64,000 nt of DNA. Origin: Malacoraja senta (Eukaryota). A program made the translations under genes and the position numbers. Positions 50,501 to 62,930 of the stretch are shown here, one piece after another (within the stretch, counting starts at the first letter, position 1; every line of letters begins with the position of its first letter). The DNA lies in contig CM075990.1 of the NCBI GenBank assembly GCA_038087875.1, positions 7,256,001-7,320,000 on the forward strand, read 5' to 3'. The notes under the pieces were generated by a model. It had not been told where the DNA came from. It searched no databases and worked only from the letters and a program-made list of their open reading frames with translations.

Positions 50501-51555
50501 AAAACATCTCCAATAGATTCAGAACGATTTATGATCTTCCAACCTCAAGGGACATTGATCGTCCTACCTCAAGAGACTGCCGTGACCTCCTCCCAGACTA
50601 TAATTCCAAAGCTCACAAAGCAGGAGTTACGAGGGGGGTGGGGGGGGGGTGGGGGGAGCTGGTAGTCAGGATGTAAGATTCCTTTCTATGTCATATTGTC
50701 TTCCAGCCTTGCTTCAGAGACATCCTTCCTCCTGCATCTCCTTAAACTCTACTAGATCTGCACAGTGTTTGTACTTGTCTCTGTGGAATATCTGACCGAG
50801 ACTGCCATCAATCTTACTCAGATCGAGTGTGCCCCTGATTGTGATAATCTCCTCTATCTTTGTTCCTCTGGAGTTGTTTGCAGCCGCTGTCACAGAGGAA
50901 CACATCATCGTCCTCCAACATGCCTTCCACACCGTATCTCTAAACTAAACAAAAAATTCATAGGCTTCTGCCTTGGTAACAATATCTGAAAACCATTCCT
51001 GCTCCATGTTCGGCTACTGATGCCCAGTTGCATTTCATTCTACATCTTTCCTTCTCTTGATCTGTTTGCCGTGCCATCTGACTTGTCGTGCTGCTTACCT
51101 GATACCCTGTCGGGCACCAGCAGAAGTTTTTGGAAAGACAAAAGTCCTTTGTATATCCTCCTCAGTGGCAGCAGAGGGACCTGGTTCAATGCTGATCTCA
51201 GTTGTGTCTGTCTGAAGTCCTAACACTCTTCTGATGACTGGGTGGGTGACCTCTGGACATTTCAGTTCCTTTCACAAATCCCAGGAATTTGCTGGCTAGT
51301 CCATTAATTGACCACCGCTAAATAATCTCATTGCAGCTGGGTTGTCGTGGAAATCAGCTGAGCGGGAGAATAGATTGTTAAAGAAGGAACTGCAGATGCT
51401 GGAAAATCGAAGGTTCTCCCGGGAGAATAGATTATGGGAAATAAATGAGGGAATGGGATTGATGGCATTCCCTGAGATCTGGAAGACTCGGTGGGTTGAA
51501 TGGCCGATTACAGGTCACAAGAAAATTTGGTTTTACTGCATGACATACGAAAACT

Positions 51556-51874
51556 CAGTTTAGTTTAGTTTAGTTTAGTTTAGAGATGCAGCGTGGAAAC
51601 AGGCTCTTTGACCCACAGAGTCCGCTCCGACGCGCGATCCCCGCACCCTTACACTAACTAGGGACAATTTTTAAAAGCATTTATACCAAGCCAATTAACC
51701 TCCAAACCTGCACGTCTTTGGACTGTGGGAGGAAATCGAAGATCTCGGAGAAAAACCCACGCAGAACACGGGGAGAACATACAAGCTCCGTACAGACAGC
51801 ACCCATAGTCGGGATCGAACCCGGGTCTCGGGCGCTGTAAGTCAGTAGCTCTACCGCTGTGCCACTGTGCCGCC
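51556..51874 (-). mobile_element. tRNA-derived SINE
   Basis: (GTTTA)n tail and reverse-complement head. Confidence 0.85.
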
Positions 51875-52696
51875 CACCAGTTGCCTGACCACCAGTTGCA
51901 TTCCTCTCCCTGGAAGCTCTGACTCCGAGCGAGGTTTCATGAAGCCATGGGTGATGCAGAGACAGACTACTGGCCACAAGTCCTCTCGCTCACTGGAGCT
52001 GTGTATGAGCAAGAATGGGACATGTTCTCATGGAAACATTTAAAGTCCTGGACGGTGTTTGGAGGGTGGATGTGGAGAGGATGATTCCTTGTTGGAGACA
52101 ATTAGAACGAGGGAGCATAGTTTCAGAACGGGAATCGCATGGTTCAAACTGGTTGATCGAAAGATAGAGCAGGGAAACTGGCCCTTCGACCTATCGAGTC
52201 CACACTGACCATCCATCACCTGTTCACCAGTCTGTGTTGGTCTAGAGGTAATATTTTGAGGTGAGATGGCCAGTGTTTAAAAGAGATGAGTGTGGCAAGT
52301 TTTTCTTTACAGAGGGTGGTGAATGCCCGGAATGTGTTGCCAAGAGTGGTGGTTGAAGCAGATACGTTAGTGGCATTTAAATGAATTTTGGATAGGCGCA
52401 TGGATAGAGTGATCCAGTATGGAAACAGGCCCTTCAGCCCAACTTGCCAACACCGGCCAACATGTCCCAGCTACACTAGTCCCACCTGCCTGCGTTTGGC
52501 CCATTTCCCTCCAAACCTGTCCTATCCATGTACCTGTCTAACTGTTTCTTAAACGATGGGATAGTCCCAGCCTCAACTACCTCCTCTGGCAGCTTGTTCC
52601 ATACACCCACCATTCTTTGTGTGAACAAATTACCCCTCAGATTCCTATTAATTCTTTTCCCCGACACCGTAAACCTATGTCCGCAGGTCCTCGATT

Positions 52697-53481
52697 TGTA
52701 AATCCTGGCCAAAACAGAGCTAATATAAAGCAGAGGATTTATGCCTCTACAAGGCCTGTTAACCCTTTTCTGTGTAAGAAGGCACAAGCTGCGAGCTGGT
52801 GCCAGGAAGTCTCGGTCCCAGATCAATACATCAGATAAGGAGAGGTCCAGATGTCCTCCCAAAGTGATAATATGTATGGGGACTTTGCAGAGAAACTCTA
52901 AGGTGTTGTAGACGCATGGTTTTGATTGGATTACTGCAAAGGGATTGTAAATAATGTTAATAATGTTGCAAGACAGTTACACTGCTGTCTGATGATTGGC
53001 TGAAGTGTGAAGCCCTGGCTGAATTGTTTGTACTGCCTAGGTAAATGTTGCATTATTCAGTTAAGCTGACTACTTTCCAGAAGCTTCTGTAGAAACATTG
53101 TGATGGGACTCTTTGTAATTGGGTTGGGGGACTGTCAATAATACTTTAATGTAATCGATATGTGTGATTGGCTTGTAAGGGGAGCCACCCTTATGTCGTT
53201 CGGCCCCTCAGGGTTCGTTGACCTATAAAAGATAGCCCCCACGGATCGGTGTCGATCTTCTGGAAGGGCGCTTGGGACTGCGTGACCTTTTGGGAATGTC
53301 TGCTTGTACGAGGCTGAAGGGCTTGGCCAGGCAGAGACAAGGATGGAGCCCGCGGTGGTTTAGGTATCGTTTATGGGGGAATTTGTTGTTCATTCAAAAA
53401 TAAAGTGTTGTTGGTCCAGTGCTTGACTCAGTGTGTTACTGAACTGGACTAAGGGTGGTTAGCTTTAGGAGCATAATTACA
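52697..53481 (+). mobile_element. Solo LTR (785 bp) inserted in a CR1 fragment
   Basis: TGTAA...TTACA ends, TSD GATT (52693-52696, 53482-53485), TATAAAA at 53224, AATAAA at 53399. Confidence 0.9.
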
Positions 53482-54277
53482 GATTCATCTGCTCTGGGCA
53501 AGAGACTCTGTGCATCTACCCGATCTATTCCTCTCATGATTTTCTACACCCAATGCATGGAATGGAGGGATGTGGGTTATGTGCAGGTATCACGTTCAGC
53601 ATTGTGGGCTGAAGGGCCTGTTCTTGTGTTGCACTGCTCTATGAAATACACTTTGTTACCTCTTCCAAAAAACTGGATTAATCATATAGTACTTGCCCTT
53701 GACTAAGCCACCTTTCTCAGATTTGACTCTGCCTTTCCAATTGATCATTCATCGTGTACTTCAGAAATGTTTCCTCTACCATCTCCCTCTTATTGATGCT
53801 AGGCTCACAGGTCTGTAATTACCAGGCTTTTATTTGCTGCACTGCTTTAACCAGGAACTGCATTTGACACCCTATAATCAGCAAGGCTTTACAAATCTCA
53901 GTCCTAGCAACCTCTTACGCAATTATTATCTCCTGTCTCAGTCTCTGAGGCTCATGTCAGAGCAGCCATCAAGAGGATGAATCCATGAAAAATGCCTGGT
54001 CCTGAATGTGTGTACTCTAGGCCTGTGCGGACTAATGAACCATCAGAAGTATTCAAGGACATCTTCAACCTCTATCTTCTGCGTCAGAATAATCTTACAT
54101 CCCCACACCAGGAATTTGGGCACAAAGTGCTGGAGTAACTCAACAGGTCAGGCAGCATCCCTGGAGAACATGGATAGATGACGTCTTGGGTCGGAACCCT
54201 GCTCCATACCCGAAACGTCACCTATCCATGTTCTCCAGAGATGCTGCCTGACCCGCTAAGTACCTCCAGCAATTGAT

Positions 54278-54583
54278 GTTTAGTTTCGTATATAGAGATA
54301 CAGCGTGGAAACAGGCCATTCGGCCCACCGACGCTGCGCTGAGCAGTGATCCCCCAATACGCGCACTATCTACACACTAGGGACAATTTACAATCTTTAC
54401 TGAAGTCAATTAACTTAAAACACTTTTTAGTCTTTACGTCTTTGTAGTGTGGGAGGAAACCGGAGCACCCGGGGTAAATCACCCGGTCACAGGGAGAACG
54501 GACAAACTCCAGACTGGACCCATAGTCAGGATCAAACTCAAGTCTCTGGTGCTGTAAGGCAGCAACTCACCGCTACGCCGCCA
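54278..54583 (-). mobile_element. tRNA-derived SINE
   Basis: Reverse complement of the family consensus. Confidence 0.75.
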
Positions 54584-54779
54584 TGTAGTTTATTTGTGAA
54601 CCGGCACCTGCAGTTCCTTAGTGTCTACCAGGTATTTGGAGGATGCTCTCCATTACACAAGGTAGGCTGTGGCCTTCCTTCCTAAACTCCCCCCCCCCCT
54701 CCCCACCCACCACGTCTCCAGCTGTGCATTATGAAGGCCTCGGAACAGGCAATCCCTAAAACATATATTTTAGAATCTA

Positions 54780-54828
54780 TGTTTGTGTGTATGTATGTGT
54801 GTATGTGTGTGTGTGTACGTGTGTGTGT

Positions 54829-54895
<67 letters not shown>

Positions 54896-55060
54896 TGTGT
54901 GTGTGTGTACGTGTGTGTGTATGTGTGTGTGTGTGTGTGTACGTGTGTGTGTGTGTATGTGTGTGTGTGTACGTGTGTGTGTGTATGTGTGTGTGTGTGT
55001 GTACATGTGTGTGTGTGTGTACGTGTGTGTGTGTGTGTACGTGTGTGTGTGTGTATGTGT

Positions 55061-55145
<85 letters not shown>

Positions 55146-55153
55146 TGTGTGTA

Positions 55154-55226
<73 letters not shown>

Positions 55227-55382
55227 GTGTATGTGTGTGTGTATGTGTGTGTATGTGTATGTGTGTGTGTGTGTATGTGTGTGTATGTGTATGTGTGTGT
55301 ATGTGTCTATGTGTATGTGTGTATGTGTGTGTGTGTGAATGGTGTGCGTGTGTGTGTGTATGTGTCTATGTGCGTGTGTGCG
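54780..55382. repeat. ~600-bp (GT)n microsatellite with AT/AC interruptions
   Basis: Direct inspection. Confidence 0.98.
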
Positions 55383-55977
55383 TCCGCATGTCTTTCTCAT
55401 CTACTTCCGTTCCTCTCCGACAACCTCACTCCCTGTCCATCTCACTCTCTGTGTGAGTGTCCGTGTCTCTGTCCATGTGCCCATGTATCCATGTCCATCT
55501 GCATGTCTATGTTGAGATAATATTTGGGAAGCAAGAGGCAGAGTTAGCATAGCAGGTCAATAAGTTTCCATCAGCACCTGTCATGACTTTTGATGTGAGA
55601 TCATTGAACTGAATCGACCTTCTCTCCACTGAGCAGTGGTTGAGCTGCTGCCTCCAGGGTTCAATCCTGACCTCGGGAAAGGCTTCTTCCCACAATGCTG
55701 AAAAGTAAATCAGGAGTGAAATGCAAGCAATATTAAAGCAGGCCAAGTCTCCTGGGTAGGAAGGAACTGCAGATGCTGGTTTAAAATGAAGATAGACACA
55801 TAAAGCTGGAGTAACTCAGTGGGACAGACATCATTCTGAAGAAGGGTCTCAACCCAAAACATTAATGTTGAGTTACTCCAGCTTTTTGTGTCTATCTTGT
55901 CCCCTGGGTCTCTGCCAGAGGATGGTCTGCTGGGGTTTCTGCTGCTTCTGCACTGATAGAACAAGTCAGCTTTGTGA

Positions 55978-56226
55978 AAGAAGGAACTGCAGATGCCAGT
56001 TTAAACCGAAGGTAGACACAAAATGCTGGAGTAACTCAGCGGGACAGGCAGCATCTCTGGAGAGAAGAAATAGATGACTGTTCGGGTCAAGAACGTTTTC
56101 ATACCTCTGGTTTCCCTCTCCCCTGACTTTCTCGGTCTGTAGAAGGGACTCGATCAGAAACTTCACCTATTCCTTTTCTCCAGAGATGCTGCCTGACCTG
56201 CTGAGTTACTGCAGCATTTTGTGTCT
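55978..56226. mobile_element. Palindromic PLE terminal-repeat insertion with 15-bp TSD
   Basis: AAGTCAGCTTTGTGA at 55963-55977 and 56227-56241, with inverted arms. Confidence 0.85.
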
Positions 56227-56463
56227 AAGTCAGCTTTGTGATTTGGGGAGACATCGCCATCTAATGGGTCTGGCTGCTTCCTACAACACGTTTTCCTGTT
56301 TCATTCTGAGGAGGATCAACATGAGAAAAACATGTTGCAGCTTCTTTGAATTGAAGGAATCTGCTTTCCATAAATATATATTAGGTTTAAACGAGGGAAT
56401 TTAATTGGTGGCGTGCACCAGTAAATGTGGAAATAAATTCCCCAATTCACATTTCTTGCTTTA

Positions 56464-56986
56464 AGGACCTGTCCCACTTGGCCGTCATTTACTCGACAGG
56501 CCGGTAGTGACTGATGCGCGACGTCTGGAGCGTGTGACGTCATCTGAAGAAGGGTCTCGACCCAAAACGTCACCCATTGCTTTTCTCCAGAGATGCTGCC
56601 GGTCCCGCTGAGTTACTCCTGCATTTTGTGTCTATCTCCAATCGTCATGGCCCCGCTCTGGGAGTAGGAGTGGGGGCGGATCCGGATCCGCAACGGCCGT
56701 GAGTCCCAGGCCGAGCTTGGCGATCGTTTGCCTGCTTCTGCTGCTGTTGGAGGTGAGACGTTGCGCGGCGCCAGGGTCTTGGGCCCGTCCCACTTTGGCC
56801 GTCAGTTACGCAACGGGCCGGTGGCGCGCGAAGATTTTGTGCAGGACGAAGACCACACTCCTCCACACCACTCCATGCGCCCGTCCCGTGCTGCCCACGT
56901 GCTACCCACACGCTACCCACACGCTACCCACACGCTAGCAGGTCGCGTAAATGGCGCGCGAATGACTGCCAAGTGGGACAGCCCCT
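56464..56986. mobile_element. PIF/Harbinger-type MITE with nested PLE repeat (~56544-56640)
   Basis: Terminal inverted repeats AGGACCTGTCCCACTTGG / CCAAGTGGGACAGCCCCT. TSD TTA at 56461-56463 and 56987-56989. Confidence 0.85.
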
Positions 56987-57126
56987 TTACTCCATTAATA
57001 CTTCTATTCTTGTTACATTTGATAAATATCCTATTAAGGTGCTCTTCCACACCTTTTAACCTATTAAGGGAACATTGACCTCGCAAATTACCATGCATGA
57101 TACCCACCCCTATTTCCTGAATTTAT

Positions 57127-57638
57127 AGGTGCCCTCCCCCAATTGCCACCTTTCCAGGTGCCCTCCCCCAATTGCCACCTTTCCAGGTGCCCTCCCCCAA
57201 TTGCCACCTTTCCAGGTGCCCTCCCCCAATTGCCACCTTTCCAGGTGCCCTCCCCCAATTACCACCTTTCCAGGTGCCCTCCCCCAATTGCCACCTTTCC
57301 AGGTGCCCTCCCCCAATTGCCACCTTTCCAGGTGCCCTCCCTCAATTGCCACCTTTACAGGTGCCCTCCCCCAATTGCCACCTTTCCAGGTGCCCTCCCC
57401 CAATTACCACCTTTCCAGGTGCCCTCCCCCAATTGCCACCTTTTCAGGTGCCCTCCCCCAATTGCCACCTTTCCAGGTGCCCTCCCCCAATTGCCACCTT
57501 TCCAGGTGCCCTCCCCCAATTACCACCTTTCCAGGTGCCCTCCCTCAATTGCCACCTTTACAGGTGCCCTCCCCCAATTGCCACCTTTACCGGTGCCCTC
57601 CCCCAATTGCCACCTTTCCAGGTGCCCTCCCCTAATTG
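57127..57638. repeat. 29-bp minisatellite, ~17.5 copies
   Basis: Unit AGGTGCCCTCCCCCAATTGCCACCTTTCC, highly homogeneous. Confidence 0.97.
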
Positions 57639-60298
57639 CTGGAGCATCTCAGCGGGTCAGGCAGCATCTGGAGAAAAGGAATCGGTGACATTTCGGGTCG
57701 AGACCCTTCTTCAGTCCAAGTCAGGGGAGAGGGAAACTAGAGGAATGGAAAGGTTCAGGACAAATCAGAGCCGGCATCGATGACCAAGGAAAGATGGAGC
57801 CCACAATAGTACATTGTTGGCTGTGGAAGAAGTGATAACGCCGGGATATGTGGATATGAACTGTGAAACTAGGTCAGTATGGGAATGGGAAAGGGAATTA
57901 AAACATTTGGCCACCGGGTCATCCTCGCTAAGCTCCCCGATTCACCACATTTAGAGGTGTCCTTCTGTAAATTTCACATTTAGAGGTGCCCTCCCCTAAA
58001 CCCCTTATTTGCAAATCTCCAGTCCTAACCTCCCTGTTTTTGTGCTCTCCATTTTGTCCCCCCTATTTGCAGGAGCCTTCCAACATGCCCAGAGTTCTCC
58101 ATTTGCTAGTCTTTTTTCCTAAGATGGAAGAATGGTCTCGACCCGGAAACGTTATCCATTCCTTCTTTCCAGAGATGCTGCCTGTCCCGCTTAGTTACTC
58201 CAGTATTTTGTGTCCAACTTTGGCTTAAACCAGCATCTGCAGTTCCTTCCTCCACATCTTAGTTTACTGAAGACCCTTTTTTCAAAATACCCCCCCCCCC
58301 CATCAATTCCTGATGTTCCATTTTAATTCCTTCAATACCTGCTGCCTTCCTCCAAAACTCTCCTTCTTAATGGTGTTCCTTCCAAATTCTGCCAATTAAT
58401 GTGGCCCTCTCTGATTCACAGGGCTACATGAATCACTCACCTATTTATTGCATCCTGCTCGAACTCCTATTTCGGGTGCCAGCTAATTTACCGCCCAGTT
58501 TCACATTTACAAGAGCTCGCCCCCAATTCCTCTAATTTATTGGTGGCAATTGTTTCTCTGGAAGTAAAGTGCATTTGCATTAACAGTGCTAGGGAGTTGG
58601 ACAGTGGAGAGTTTATGGTTTACCAATCCAGACATTAATCAAAAGGTAATATCCCGACATGTTACAGGGCTGTGGGGAATGGTGGGGCAGTGTGTTGCCT
58701 TTGAGAAGCAACCATTAACCGTGATTTTGTTTTCTCTCTCCTCTGTGGTTTTTGACTATCTACTGGATTATAACAGCCACAGAACAGTCATATCGTGGGG
58801 AAGTCAGAAGTCAGAAAGAGCGCTTCAGATAAGCACTAAATAAAGTGTCTACCGTTGAAAACCCGACTCTAGTTCTGCAGGCGGCACAGCAGTAACTGAA
58901 GGCATTGAAGCCTGAAGATGGCTTCTGATCCGGAATGTTGTCTGTCCATTTCCTCCACAGACGCGGCCTGACCTACTGAGCTCCTCCAGCACTTTCTGCT
59001 TTGTCGTTTCCGACAGACTTGTTTGTTTGCACGTGACACTTGAAGTCAAAATGCAGTTAATTGGGCTCTCTCAGGATGGCAATCTGTAGTATCAGGGGAT
59101 CGCTGATTGAGATCCGACTAGAAAGGGGAACGGGAGGGGGTCTTGTGTGCCTAGCATGCGTATGTATAAAGACATACAAGTCTATGAAAGAGCGTGTCTT
59201 CCAATTGCTTCCATCATCTTATTATAGGATGAATATGAAGAAGGAAATTAAGACGAGTTGAGTTCAATAATTGGGATGCAGGTGGAAAAGTTTGTAGTTG
59301 TATTTATTCCTTTATATTTTCCCTTTTGCAACGTAATGCCATTGTGATTATGTAAAAACATTGAAGCTTCTGGCTGCCAGAAAGGCCATTGACTTGTGAA
59401 CCATTAAGTAGGTACGTTACAATACTTACCTTCAGCGGCGCTGCAATTCTGTCACTGGCCGTGTGCGCGATTTTTGCGCCTTTGAGGGGGGGTGGGGGGG
59501 GGGCAGGGTTAAAACGCGGGTTTCTCCTACATTGTCCTGAATTATATTTCATTGGAGTGCAAGCTTTTGCTGAAGAATCGTTCCGACGGGCGTTTTGTGT
59601 GTTTTTTATTTTTATTCGCCCGACAAGTTCAGCGCTGGAGTTATTTTAAAATCAGCTTCGAAAGCCGTCAACGCCGACAACGGGGACGGATTTCATGCAC
59701 GGGACAGGTAAACGAAAGCCGTTTATTTTACGTATAAAAGTGCTTCTTAAGAGGCCTTTAATTCATATTTTAAAATGCGAAGGTGATTCTTTTCCCCGAA
59801 CTAACGGCAATATTTTTCATGCCGATACGGGGTTAAATTCACCGCAAATCAACGTTCCAAATGATCGCGTTCCAGAAAAACCCACTCGCAAGATGATTTA
59901 AATGCCCATTAATTTACAGGTATTAAACATTAAATTCCTTCCATTTGGCCTATAAATCCATGACAATGAGATTTAAAAATTATGTTATATTGTGAATTCT
60001 TGTGTGAATGTTATTTGGACACTTAGGCTATTTAAAAATGTTAATCTATTCTTAAGAAATTGATAGATGTTTAGATCTAGTAATTGAATTTTGTAATTAG
60101 CTACAATTAGGTAACTAACTAATTACATGCTTTAATTTCATGTCATCTAAGTAAGATTGTTTCATATGTGTTTCAGAATGCTTCAATCTATAATAACTGA
60201 ACATTTCTTTCAGTTCTCTTAATTGTTAAGAAAGTTATGGGCTTTTGACTGTCCTCGATCATAGCTTTTGTGTTAAGTCAATGGAAAAGCAATAGGGA

Positions 60299-61844
60299 GG
60301 TTTGGTTTTACCCAACTTTCTGTTTTATTTTTGGGCAGTTAATATTAAAAATATGAATTTCTGGTTGGAAGAAATAGAACAACAACCAGATTGGTTAAAA
60401 ATGGAAAAGGAAGATTGTTTGCCTTTTGATATCGGTTCGATATTATTTGCTACATCTAAATTAAACAAAAAAATTTATAGGGAAAACCCTATAATATTTA
60501 GTGCCATACGAATTTGGAAACAATTAAAAAAGACATTAAAATTAGATAATTTATCACTTTTTCTCCCAATTGTGAATAACCCTTTGTTTAAACCCTCATG
60601 GTTGGACAGGGGTTTTACACAATGGAAGAATTATGGAATTAAAAATATGGGACAACTTTATAAGGAAGGCACTTTTCTGACATTTCAGGAGTTGCAACAG
60701 ACTTATGGACTTCGAGGAAATGATTATTTCAGATATCTTCAACTCAGAGATTATGTAAAATCGAATACTCAAAACTTTCGAATTAGAAATTCAGAAATTC
60801 TTGACGAATGTTGGAATAAACATCCTAATACAGAAAAATTAATATCTTATATATATAATATCTTATTAGACAGTGACATTCCATCGACGGACTTACACAG
60901 ACAAACATGGGAAAAAGAATTAAATCAAATAATAACGAAAGATACTTGGGAAGAAAGTTTACAACATATACATCAATGTTCATTAAATGCCAGACATTCT
61001 TTAATACAATTTAAAGTAATACATAGATTACATTATTCAAAAACAAAATTACATAAAATCTTTCAACATATCTCACCTATATGTGATAAATGTCAACATT
61101 TAGAAGCTACCTTATCTCATATGTTTGCAAACTGTATAAAAATTAAAAAATTCTGGGTAAATATTTTTAGTATAATATCTAAAGTGACCAGCACACAAGT
61201 GGACCCGGATCCAAAATTTATAATACTCGGAACATCAGAATTAAATCAAACATTTACAACAACACAAAGAAACTTTATTGATTATAGTATAATAACAGGA
61301 AAAAAATTAATTCTAAAATTTTGGAAAGGCCCTACGGCCCCCACAATCAAAATGTGGATTATAGAAATGACGGAGACCTTAAACGTGGAAAGAATCAGAT
61401 TTTCCCTGTTGGACAAACAGGAATTATTCGTTGGAACATGGTCTCCCTTTATTGATTATTTAAAGGGTCAGAATGGTTCAGCACGGGAACCTGACTAATG
61501 CTCGGGCTAAAAAATGGATGAAATGCTATACTCTGAAATGTACGAATATATCTCGAATGAAGTTTTTTATTTTAATAAATTTTTCCACTCTTCTTTAACT
61601 ATCTTTCTCTTTTTTTTTTTTTTTTTTTCCTTCTTTTTTTTTCTCTTTTTCTTCTCTCTCTTTTCTTTCTTTACTTCATCTATCTTTTTAGTTCTATCTA
61701 GTTTAAAATAAAAAAAAAAGGCAAAAGGTATTGGAGACAATGTAATAATAATTGATAATATTATCAATTTAAAAATGTAAGACTGTAATGATGTTAATAG
61801 GTTATGTACTTATCTCCAATAAAAAATATTTTCAAAAAAAAAAA
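60299..61844 (+). mobile_element. 5'-truncated L1-clade LINE
   Basis: Open ORF2 C-terminus, T-rich 3' UTR, AATAAA at about 61818, poly(A), 71-bp flanking duplication. Confidence 0.9.
60302..61498 (+). CDS. L1 ORF2 C-terminal region (not a host gene)
   Basis: GGL.LPNF..YFWA, QFKVIHR and CDKC..ATLSHMFANC (CCHC) motifs. Confidence 0.85.
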   Translation: MVLPNFLFYFWAVNIKNMNFWLEEIEQQPDWLKMEKEDCLPFDIGSILFATSKLNKKIYRENPIIFSAIRIWKQLKKTLKLDNLSLFLPIVNNPLFKPSWLDRGFTQWKNYGIKNMGQLYKEGTFLTFQELQQTYGLRGNDYFRYLQLRDYVKSNTQNFRIRNSEILDECWNKHPNTEKLISYIYNILLDSDIPSTDLHRQTWEKELNQIITKDTWEESLQHIHQCSLNARHSLIQFKVIHRLHYSKTKLHKIFQHISPICDKCQHLEATLSHMFANCIKIKKFWVNIFSIISKVTSTQVDPDPKFIILGTSELNQTFTTTQRNFIDYSIITGKKLILKFWKGPTAPTIKMWIIEMTETLNVERIRFSLLDKQELFVGTWSPFIDYLKGQNGSAREPD

Positions 61845-62758
61845 AAGAAAGTTATGGGCTTTTGACTGTCCTCGATCACAGCTTTTGTGTTAAGTCAATG
61901 GAAAAGCAACAGGGAACAAGATGCTAATTTCCGAGTATGAAAATGGCCATAACTATTTTAATACTGAAGATATGAAAGTGAATTAGGTGTCAAATTAAAC
62001 GTCTTTTTATGCTTTATCTGATGGGATAAATTACAGACTTGATTTTTTAAATCTCAAAATTTTGTAACATTGCTACATTAACGTCATTAAAGTCGCTTAA
62101 ACACCTGGAATGCAATTTAAAATTATGATGATTTAATATACTAAATTGGTGACTTTTTAGATTGTATTTAACAGCTAACACATGGCTATCAGCAATGAGA
62201 GAAGAGAGAAATTCTGATTGTTTAGATCAGAGGGCATGAAGACATGTGAATATTATACTGGAGGGGCAGCCACAGTTTTAGCTTCATGTATAAATAAGAC
62301 TTCTCAATATGATAATCAGCGAAAGGAATTCTCCTTATCCTGACCATCTGAATTCCCACATTTTCTGGTGCTCTCGGCTAATTCACTATTTAGTGTTGCA
62401 CTCACGAAATTTCCAGTTTACTGGTTCCATATTTGTGTTTCACCATTTATTGGTGTCCAGCCATAATTATTCCATTCATCGAGTTGTAATTCACCAATTT
62501 ACTTGTTCTAATTGCGTTTACTTCAGCCCTCATTTCTCCATTCTCTGATCTTATGTATTGGTGTTCTCCCTTAATTTCTCCGTTGGTTATTCCTCTTACT
62601 TGATAATAAATGATACCAAACTAGACTATTACTCAGTGGTCTTGTTTGCCCTTTGTGTCCTTCATTAGTTCCTCCATGTACTGATGCTCTCCAATGTTTC
62701 CTCATTTCAAGTTTCCCTTCCCTTGTCTCCGCCATTACCACTGTTCCATCCAACCTTT

Positions 62759-62930
62759 CAATAGACAATAGACAATAGGCAATAGGTGCAGGAGAAGGCC
62801 ACTTGCCCCTTTGAGCCAGCACCACCATTCAATGTGATCATGGCTGATCATCCCCAATCAGTACCCCGTTCCTGCCTTCTCCCCATATCCCCTGATTCCG
62901 CTATTTTTAAGAGCCCTATCTAGCTCTCTC
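62759..62930 (-). mobile_element. CR1 3' end
   Basis: Reverse-complement CR1 3' UTR with (CTATTGT) tail. Confidence 0.8.

Larger units (their letters stand above)
59408..62076. mobile_element. Non-autonomous DNA transposon hosting an L1 insertion
   Basis: Imperfect terminal inverted repeats GTAGGTACGTTACAA / TTGTAACATTGCTAC, flanked by ATTAA at 59403-59407 and 62077-62081. Confidence 0.65.

Noticed and set aside
50714..50989. Cys-rich short ORFs as a host exon
   Set aside because: No recognisable domain or convincing splice-site pair.
54731..55520. Long Cys/Val and His/Thr ORFs
   Set aside because: Translation of the (GT)n microsatellite.
57110..57783. Repetitive ORFs or a CRISPR-like array
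   Set aside because: Stop-free 29-bp tandem repeat with no unique spacers and no cas genes.
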